NCBI RefSeq assembly: GCF_009914755.1
Contig: NC_060932.1
Strand: one strand, 5' to 3'
DNA length: 64,000 nucleotides
DNA from: the human T2T-CHM13v2.0 reference genome, Homo sapiens
The notes beneath the pieces were generated by a model. It ran no database searches. It was not told the DNA's origin and saw only the letters and a list, made by a program, of their open reading frames with translations. A program made the translations under genes and the position numbers. Below are positions 54,861 to 64,000 of this stretch, one piece after another. Every line of letters begins with the position of its first letter. The first letter of the stretch is position 1.

Positions 54861-55631
54861 AGGAAATCAGATCTGTGTCCAGAGGGGTTTGCTGGTCTCC
54901 AACTGCTGGAGTTCCTTCTGCTGAGAGCAGGGAGAATCTCCTGTCGCAGCCACCCCTCCCCCTGGCAAGGAGGGGCAAATCTAGGAACCCTGGAGGTGCA
55001 GCTACTTCTTGGGGAAGAAAGTGAGCTGCCCATTTTGGAGCCAGGGATGTTTAAGCCCCAGGAGAGAAGTCAAGGGGCTGACAGCTGGGGCAATGGGTGG
55101 ACAGGGCGGGTACAGGCAGCCCCACTGTGGGTGGCAGACTTTGAAAACCATGTGAAACAAAGGGGCTTAAAGGAGAGCTGCGTGGTCAGGGGCTGAGTTT
55201 TCCAGTTCAGGATCAGGACTATGGAGGCACAACATGGAGGCCCAGTCCCTTGCTTGCCCAACGTCCAGGGGCCACTAGGACCCCAGTCCTTTTCAGGAGG
55301 CAGCCTCGGGGAATCTTCAAGGCCCATGACTAAGTGGGAGAACCCAGACCAGGTCCATGAAAGTCTGATTACAGTCCTAGGTGTGCCCCTAGACACTGGG
55401 TGACCTCGGACTAATCACTTTGCCCTTGGGCCTCAGTTTCTTCCATCTGGACGATGAGGAATCGGGAATGGATCATCTCCACGGCTCCCTGCAACCTAAC
55501 CTAGAGCCAAGCCAAGTATTAGAAGGCCATTAACCCAGAAGAAGAAAAAAATGTCCCAGAAGAGGCTACACTTTATTTTTCTTAAAAAAAAAAAATGTCT
55601 AATTATCAGTAACAGCTACATTTTCTGTGGA

Positions 55632-55667
55632 CAGTGCCTGCTCCTTATCAGTGCCTGCTCCTTATCA
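55632..55667. repeat. Perfect 17-bp tandem duplication
   Basis: CAGTGCCTGCTCCTTAT x2. Confidence 0.92.
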
Positions 55668-56921
55668 ATACCTGAGGTTAGAAGAATTGTTTTTGAGCTC
55701 GCTCCTTGTAACTTTTCTGTTCTGTAGCTCCCTCAGCATCCGGAACAGAAGGCATAAATCTAGTTATATTTTTAAAAATTAGACTTTGGAGGTCAGTCAG
55801 TGAGATCCGCCTTAGCCAGCTGAATTAGGGGAAGGGAAGAGAGGAAGAAAGGACTTGGGAGAAAATAGCATGATTCACAGATTCACAGTCATGACTGTGA
55901 TCCCTTGGGAATAATTACTTGATTATTCCCACTACTAAGCAAACAAGGTTCAGAAGGTCAAACTTTGAGGAAAGAAAAGTGTAAATTTTGAAAGCGCCAT
56001 AAATGCATCACCAGATGTTTCATATTCTAAGCAGATCATAGACGTTGATTGGTTCAGGACTCACACACTGCTTGATTCCTACCCCATCCCCAGCATCTGC
56101 ACCCGGTGGTCATCCTGCCCATGTTTGAATGCCACCAATAACAGGGAGCTCACTACCTGCCATGCAACCATTTGTCTAGTAAAGCTGTTGATAAAGTTAG
56201 GGCCTTCTTTGGTTGAGTCACAGTCTGGCTCGTGTATGGGCCAATCCGGAGCCCAGTTCTGCCCTCTGGAGCCACACAGAGAAAATCCAGCCTATCTCTC
56301 CCATAGTGCCCCTTCTGATATTTGAAGGCAACGTAGTCTGCTTTTCCCAGTGACCTCCAGGCTTGCAGCTCCTTGCCTTGCCGTGGTTTGCAGACTTTTC
56401 CCCAGCCCTTTGACATTCTGGACCTCATCTCTCTTGAAACTCTTGGCCCAGCCCTGGACTAGCCAATGCCAGTGGGGAGCCTTGGACCAGCCAATGCCGG
56501 AGGGCCTGAGCACACAAAGCAGAACAGGACCACCCCTTCCCTTGCCCTAAACACTCCAAATAAGCTTTATCAGATGCTGAGTCACTGGGCTGATTCATAG
56601 AGAATGCATCATCTTCTTGGCAGGTGCTGCTGTTTGATCCTCTGTCTCCCATTATGGACTTACACAGCTGGGTTTGGGGCATTAGCTTGATTTATTTTCT
56701 TGGAGAGTCAGAGCCATGGGGAGGGCCAGGGAGGGATGAGTAAAGACCCTTGCATTTATCTGTTTATCTATGCTTTGTGCACCATCTCTGGCTGCCTGAA
56801 TGTCTCTGGGGCTGCTTCGCTACGCAGTGTCCTTATTACACATCCCCAACCAGCCTTTGTCTGGCTCAGCACCACAAGCAGGACAGCTCAGCCAGCAGTC
56901 TGATACAGCTGGAACAAACTA

Positions 56922-57273
<352 letters not shown>

Positions 57274-57289
57274 AAGAGAATCACTCTCC

Positions 57290-58110
57290 AAGGGGAGCAG
57301 GGAGGGAGGATGGTGAGAGATTGGTCAACCAGTACACAGTTAAAGTCAGATGGGAGGGATAAGTTCTGGTATTCTATCGCATAGTAGAGTTTAACTTTTT
57401 TTTTAGGTCCCAGTATCTATTGCTCCCCTCTATGTGTCCATGTGTTCTCATCATTCAGCTCCCACTTATAAGTGAAAACATGCAGAATTTTGTTTTCTGT
57501 TCCTGTGTTACTTCACTTAGAATAATAGCCTCCAGCTCCATCCATGTTCCTGCAAAAGACATGATCTCGTTCTTTTTTATGGCTGCATAGTATTCCATGG
57601 TGTATACCATAGTATTCCATGGTGTATATATACCATATTTTCCTTATCCAGTCTGCCACTGATGGGCATTTAGGTTGATTCCATGCCTCTGCTATTGAGA
57701 ATAGTGCTGCAATGAACATATGAGTGCATGTGTCGTTATGGCAGAGCAATTTATATTCCTATATATACCCAGTAATGAGATTGCTGGGTGAAATGTTAAT
57801 TCTGTTTTTAGCTCTTTCAGGAATCATCACACTGCTTTCCAAAATGGTTGAACTAATTTACACTCCCACCAACAGTGTATATAAGCCTTCCCTTTTATCC
57901 ACAACCTCACCAGCACCTCTTATTTTTTGAATAATGTATATTTCAACATAGGTAGAAGAGAGAACTTACAATGTTCTCACCACAAAGAAATGTTTGAGAT
58001 GGATTTGGTAATTACCCTAATTTGATCCTTACACAATGTGTGCACGTATCAAAACATCACATTGTACCCCACAAATATGTACCATTCTCGTGTCAGTTTT
58101 AATTTTTTTT
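57290..58110. mobile_element. Nested L1 fragments (antisense L1P-like inside a sense L1M-like 3' end)
   Basis: Antisense L1 motifs at ~57395-57930, flanked by sense L1M 3'UTR motifs. Confidence 0.65.
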
Positions 58111-58122
58111 AACTTAGTGAAA

Positions 58123-58466
<344 letters not shown>

Positions 58467-58979
58467 TTAGTAAAAAGATCACAAATGATTCTTAGTAAAA
58501 AAGAATCACTTTCCAAGCTGTAATTATTTAATGGGTATATACATTTATTTAATCAATTACAGGCCCATGATCAAATGGTGGCTAATAAAATCATATCCAG
58601 TGAAATCAGCCCATAGATGATACAGAGGTATTCTGAGTGATTTTCTCCGGACCTCCATAAAGTCCAGAAACATTCACTCCATCAGTGGGTGTGTCTCATC
58701 TCCCCATTCAGGATCTTCTTGGGTAAAGGTCTGAGGCTAGCCAATCCTGAACTGTTTAGCATGTGCCTACAAGTAAACAAATGTCGCTTATGCCACCTTC
58801 ACTGTCCCTCATGCTATTGAGTGGCTATGTGTTCTGTATTTCACTCCAGAGTTGCTTTACAGTGACCTTTAGCTCCAATTATTAGGTGAATGAGCCCTTC
58901 AAAAAATGGTGCCAGATCTGCTTTAAGTCAAACCTACTTTTTCCACAACTACCCAGATGGCAATTAATACTTATTTTAG

Positions 58980-59165
58980 ATCAATGGTTCTCAGTGGAAC
59001 TACACAATGGATATACAATGGAATCTCCTGGGAACTTTAAAAATTATCAGTGCCTGAGTCCCACCTCCAGAGGTTATGAATGAATTAATTGTGGGTGCTG
59101 CCAGAGCATCAGGATTTTAAAACTCTCCAAATCATTTTAATGAGCACCTAAAGTCGAGGACCACT
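58980..59165. mobile_element. MER5-like hAT element
   Basis: CAATGGTTCTCA...GAATCTCCTGGGAACTTTAAAAA...AAGTCGAGGACCACT. Confidence 0.6.
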
Positions 59166-59319
59166 TCTGAATTTACCCCATCTGTTCCTTACTGCACCTC
59201 TCTGTCATTATTAGAGCATCTGATATTGTTCTCATTTTATAGAAGATGTAAAAGAGGGCAAAGGAATCTTGGCAGGGTTTTGTTTACACAGAGCTAAAGT
59301 CTGCCTCCTTATAACTTCT

Positions 59320-59625
59320 TTTTTTTTGGTTTTGTTTTGTTTTTTAATATGGAGCTCATCCCGTCGCCCAGCCTGGAGTGCAGTGGCATGATCTCGGCTT
59401 ACTGTGACCTCCTCCTCCTGGGTTCAAGCGACTCTTGTGCCTTAGCCTCCTGAGTAGCTGGGATTGCATGTGTGCACCACCACACCCGGCTAATTTTGTA
59501 TTTTTAGTAGAGACAGTGTTTCACCATGTTGGCCAGGCTTGTCTTGAACCCCTGACCTCAAGTGATCTGCCCGCCTCTGCCTCCCAAAATGCTAGGATTA
59601 CAGGTGTGAGTCACCGCGCCTGGCC
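59320..59625 (-). mobile_element. Alu (S-like)
   Basis: Antisense Alu consensus. Confidence 0.88.
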
Positions 59626-60132
59626 ACCACCTTATAAATTCTTTGTCCCATATCTTATTTCTAAATCAATACATGATAAGTTGGTCCCTCCCACAAGAAA
59701 GCCCTTCAAACATTTGAAAACCAATATTGTATCTCAGCTTAAATGTATTTCCTTACAGTGTAATGTCCCTCAACATCCTCGCATAGAGTGGAGTTTCCAG
59801 ATAACCTCACTCTTCTCATCCCTGCCCCCAAGGATGCCACATTTCTTCATTGTCCCTCTGTGTGGCTTTTACACCAAACACAGGAGAACTGCTTTGACTG
59901 GCCAGGGGAGAGTGTGGCAGGGCACTTACTACCTGTGATTTGAGAGGTGTCACTCCCTGTGCTCCCAAGGCACTCTCTGCTTCCTTTTGTATTATATTAT
60001 ACCACACTGTGCTTCTCAGATTGGCTTGAGCTGACTTCTGGGGAGGTTGTACTGTACACAGAGACAAGGAGGCCACTGGCTCTGGTATTACTCAGAGATT
60101 CAGGGGGGAAAGTTAATGTTTAGTGAGTAAAC

Positions 60133-60385
60133 TTCCTTTTCCCTTCCCTCCCTCCCTCTGGCTCTCCCTTCCTCCATTCCTTTCTTCCCTCCTTCCTCCC
60201 TTCCCTTCTCTTCCCTTCCCTTCCTTTCTCTCTGTCTTATTTTCAATTCCTCACTAAATCTCCGGCTTCTAAAGTTAAGTGGATGTCTATTTATATACAT
60301 ACATATACATGTATTTATATTCAGAATATATGTGTGCGTGTGCGTGTGTGTATATATGTGTGTATGTATATATCTATCTAGATAT
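60133..60385. repeat. CT-rich low-complexity tract followed by (TA/TG)n microsatellite
   Basis: Seen directly. Confidence 0.8.
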
Positions 60386-60399
60386 TGATATCTACAAAA

Positions 60400-62420
60400 T
60401 GGATTTTGCCTTTTTATCTTTTCCAAAAAATAAATTCAAAATTATATGATACATATTGCTCTGCTATCTACTCTTTTCCACTTAATAAAATATTATTGAT
60501 ATCTCTCTGAGCTAATGCACAGATAGATCTAACTCATACTTTTTAATAGCTATATAATATTCCATGGTGAGGCTGAACATATTTTCTTCAGCCATTCCCC
60601 TTGTCCAAGTTTTTGCTGTCACTCTGAGCAGTGCCACAATAAACAGCCTTCTGCATGCATCCTAATTTGTTAGAGCCTTTATTGCTCTATATGAGGTAGA
60701 TTGTCCCACTGAGATGCCTGGATGAAAGAGAACATGTATTCCTAATGCTCATATATCTTGCCTGATGACTTTCCCCAAAAGCGTCTGTGGCTTCCACCCT
60801 GTCTGAGAATGTCCATTACCATATGATCATCGGGCTGGTGTTGATCCTTTGAATTTTTGCCAATCTTGTGGGTGAAAAATGACATTTTTACCACCTTAAT
60901 CTCTTTGTATATTTTTTGTTTTCAACTATTTATTTTTAAATAAGATTTCCCCTCTGTCACTTGTCTATCCATATTGTTTGCTCATTTTATCAAGTTATTC
61001 ATCTTTTTTTCTATCAATTTATAGGTGCTCTTTAAATAGAGAAAGTGACCCTTTGTGTGTTGTCAGTGTTTTTCCAACCAGATTATCATTTTTTTATCTT
61101 TGATTACCAAGGACTTTTTGAAGTTTTTATGCAAGTGATTTTTGTTTATCTTTTTCTTTATAGTTTCTAAATCTCATGTCTTGTTTCAGAATGTCTTCCT
61201 CTGGCTAGAAGACAGATAGCTATTCTAATTTTCTTCTAACTTTCTATTGTGTCAATTTCTTATTAGATAGGTAATCAAGATGGAATTGATATGTTTATGG
61301 TGTATGTGTGTATGACTGTGTGTATGCGTGTGTAAGAGAAGGATGACGTAGGATCTAATTTCATTTTCTTCCAGATGTATAGCCAATTATGTCAACACAA
61401 TATATCAAATAAATCACCCTAATCACACTGAGTTGAAATACCATTTTTTCACATATAAATTTCCCCAAATAAACTTGGATCTGTATCAGGACTTTCTAGT
61501 TTATTCCTCTGATTCCTCTCTTCATGCATAATATACTGTTTTAATAACATAGCTTTAAAAAATATTATTTTATTTATTTATTTTTCAGACAGGGTCTCAC
61601 TCTGTCACCCAGGCTGGAGTGCAGTGTCATGATCATGGCTCACTGCAGCTTCGACCTCCCTAGCTCAAGCAATCCTCCCATCTCAGCCTCCCAAATAGCT
61701 GAGACTATAGGTGCACGCCATCATGCCCAGTTAATTAAAAAAATATATTTTTTTAGAGACAGGATGTCAGTATGTTACCAGGCTGGTCTTGAACTGGCTC
61801 AAGAGATCCTCCCTCCTCAGGCTCCCAAAGTGCTGGGATTACAGGCATGAGCCACCACTCCCAGCTGTAACTACATAGCTTAAAAACAATATTTAATATT
61901 GAGAAAGTAATCTTCTTCACTCTTCCTTTTCAAATTTTCTTGACTTTTCTTGGACATTAATTCTTCTAGATAAACTTTAAATTAATTTTGCCCCATTGAA
62001 AAAACATGGCATTAGGCCTGGTGCATTGGCTCATGCCTGTAATCACAGCAGTCTGGGAGGCTGAGGCAAGAGGATCACTTGAGATCAGGAGTTCAAGACC
62101 AGCCTGGGCAACATAGCGATAACCCCATCTCTACAAAAAATAAATTAAAAAAAATGAGCCGGGCATGGTGATGTATGCCTGTGGTCCTAGCTAGTTAAGA
62201 AGCTGAGGCAGGAGGATTTCTTGACCCCAGGAATTTAAGCCTGCAGTGAGCTATTACAGCACCACTGCACTCCAGCCTGGGCAACAGAGTGCGACTCTGT
62301 CTCTAAAAAGAAAAAAATAATTAAAAGAAAAAAGAAAAAACATGGCACTGCAATTATAATTGCTTTAAATTTACATATTAGTTTTAGAAGAATTCACATT
62401 TCTATTCTTTCTTCCTGTGT
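60400..62420 (-). mobile_element. Ancient L1 (L1ME-like) fragments containing two Alus (61570-61865 -, 62015-62340 +)
   Basis: AT-rich degenerate antisense L1 motifs. The Alu consensus blocks are clear. Confidence 0.6.
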
Positions 62421-62748
62421 AGGACAATAACATATGTCTAGAGTTAATTCAAACTATTATTTTTATTTGTAAATGCATTTTTATACAAATTAAAAATATC
62501 AGCTCCTACCCTCAATTCAGTAAAACCATTATTATTGAATATTAAAATATATATTTTTTCATTGTGGTATGGCGTGTAACTCTTATATAGTTTTAAAAAA
62601 TAAAATGAAAGACTTCAAAGATATGTTTGCTACTTCTTTTCCATCATCATGGCAATGGAAAAATTAAAGAAATCCTGATTAAGCATTTTATATTGAAATT
62701 TATCAGATGATTGTTCACACCTTTTTCTGTCATTCAGCATTCAGCTCC

Positions 62749-63184
62749 TGTCTTAGTCTGTTTTTTGTTGCTTATAATAGAATATAGCAAACTGGGTAAT
62801 AAATAAAGAATGAGAATTTATTTTTTACAATTATGGAAGAGGAGAAGTCCAAGGTTGAGGGGCTGCATCTGGTGAGGGCCTTCTTGCTGGTGGGGACTCT
62901 CTGCAGAGTCCCAAGGCAGTGCAGGGCATCACATGGTGAGGGGGCTGAGTGTGCCAGCTCAGGTTTCTCTTCCTCTTCTTATAAAGCCATCAGTCCCACT
63001 CCCATGATAACTCATTCATCCATTACCCCACTAATCCATTAATACATGAATGGATTAATCCATTTATGAGAGCAGAGACCTCATGACCCAGTCACTTGGT
63101 AAAAGTCCCACCTCTCAACACTGCCACATTGAGGATTAAGTTTCAATGTGAATTCTGGAGGGGACAAATATTCAAACCATAGCA
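62749..63184. mobile_element. MaLR LTR (MST-like)
   Basis: TGTCTTAGTCTGTTTT...GAGAAGTCCAAGGTTGAGGGGCTGCATCTGGTGAGGGCCTTCTTGCTG...TTCAAACCATAGCA. Confidence 0.8.
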
Positions 63185-64000
63185 CCTCCCATTCTTTAAG
63201 ACACAGTTTAGCATGCAGTAGGTGCTTAATACATGCTTGTTAAATTACCTGAAATAACTTTTCCATTATTGCAATCTAAGATCCTATTTATTTTTGATTC
63301 ATATCAAAGCTATACTATCCATGTGGATAGGAAACATATCTCTGGCTCATAGCACCTGGCTACACAATCAAAATACATTAATTTAATAAATGAACAAGAG
63401 CCATGCATGACCAAATATCAACTAGATCTTCTTCTCTGAATTACTAAGCTTCATCCTTTAGTGAAAATGATGTGACACTAAATGTGGGGTTTTAATTTAT
63501 CTCTCTTGAATTTTATCTTATCAGTGCACTATAGCTCTCTGTCAGGATTGCTCTGAATTTTGTTCTTCCAGTTTTGAGTGAGAAACAAACAGGTAAGCTG
63601 GACTTCTGGGTCTCCATCCAGAGCATGGATAGAAATGTCCATCAGCACCCTTGTTATCATGTTAAAAGCCCAACCTGCTGCAGGGCTCCCATAAGGACAT
63701 TTCTGTGTACCAAATGCTTTGGAGAATACCTTCCCCAAAGCAGTCCCATCCCTCCAGCTCTGATCCTCCTATTTTAATATGTCTAATTCCTCAACACCTG
63801 AAGACAGAGATGTTTCCAGTCCTATTTGCAGTAACCTAAAATTGCAGGACTTCCTGCAGGGATCCCTTTTCATTCTCCAGTGGATCATTCAATTAAAAGA
63901 AGCTTGCCCTTCTTACATATCCTCAAGCCTCTTTCTTTTTTCATCTATATCCAGCCCCGAATGAAGTCAGCCACTTTCATGCTGAATTTATAATTGATTC

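Overview
Primate genomic DNA, almost certainly human chr8p21, dense in Alu, L1, MIR and LTR repeats. Two loci converge. (1) On the + strand are the decayed remains of the L-gulono-gamma-lactone oxidase (vitamin C synthesis) pseudogene GULOP. Exons 5, 7, 9, 10 and 12 are recognisable and carry frameshifts, stops and damaged donor sites. There is also a candidate partial exon 11 next to an Alu, although exon 11 is usually described as deleted. (2) On the - strand is the complete clusterin gene CLU: non-coding exon 1 plus 8 coding exons that sum exactly to 1350 nt (449 aa + stop), a TATA/AP-1/CLE promoter in a CpG island, two alternative first exons and a mirtron (MIR6843) at the intron 1 acceptor. 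I found no convincing previously undescribed multi-gene system. The best leads are the exon 11 remnant, two perfect heat-shock elements outside the known CLU promoter element, a bipartite CTCF site 3' of the CLU proximal poly(A) site, a 47-bp near-perfect inverted duplication upstream of GULOP exon 9, and several unusual insertion or slippage scars. Repeat subfamily names, the rodent GULO comparison and variant IDs come from memory and were not searched.
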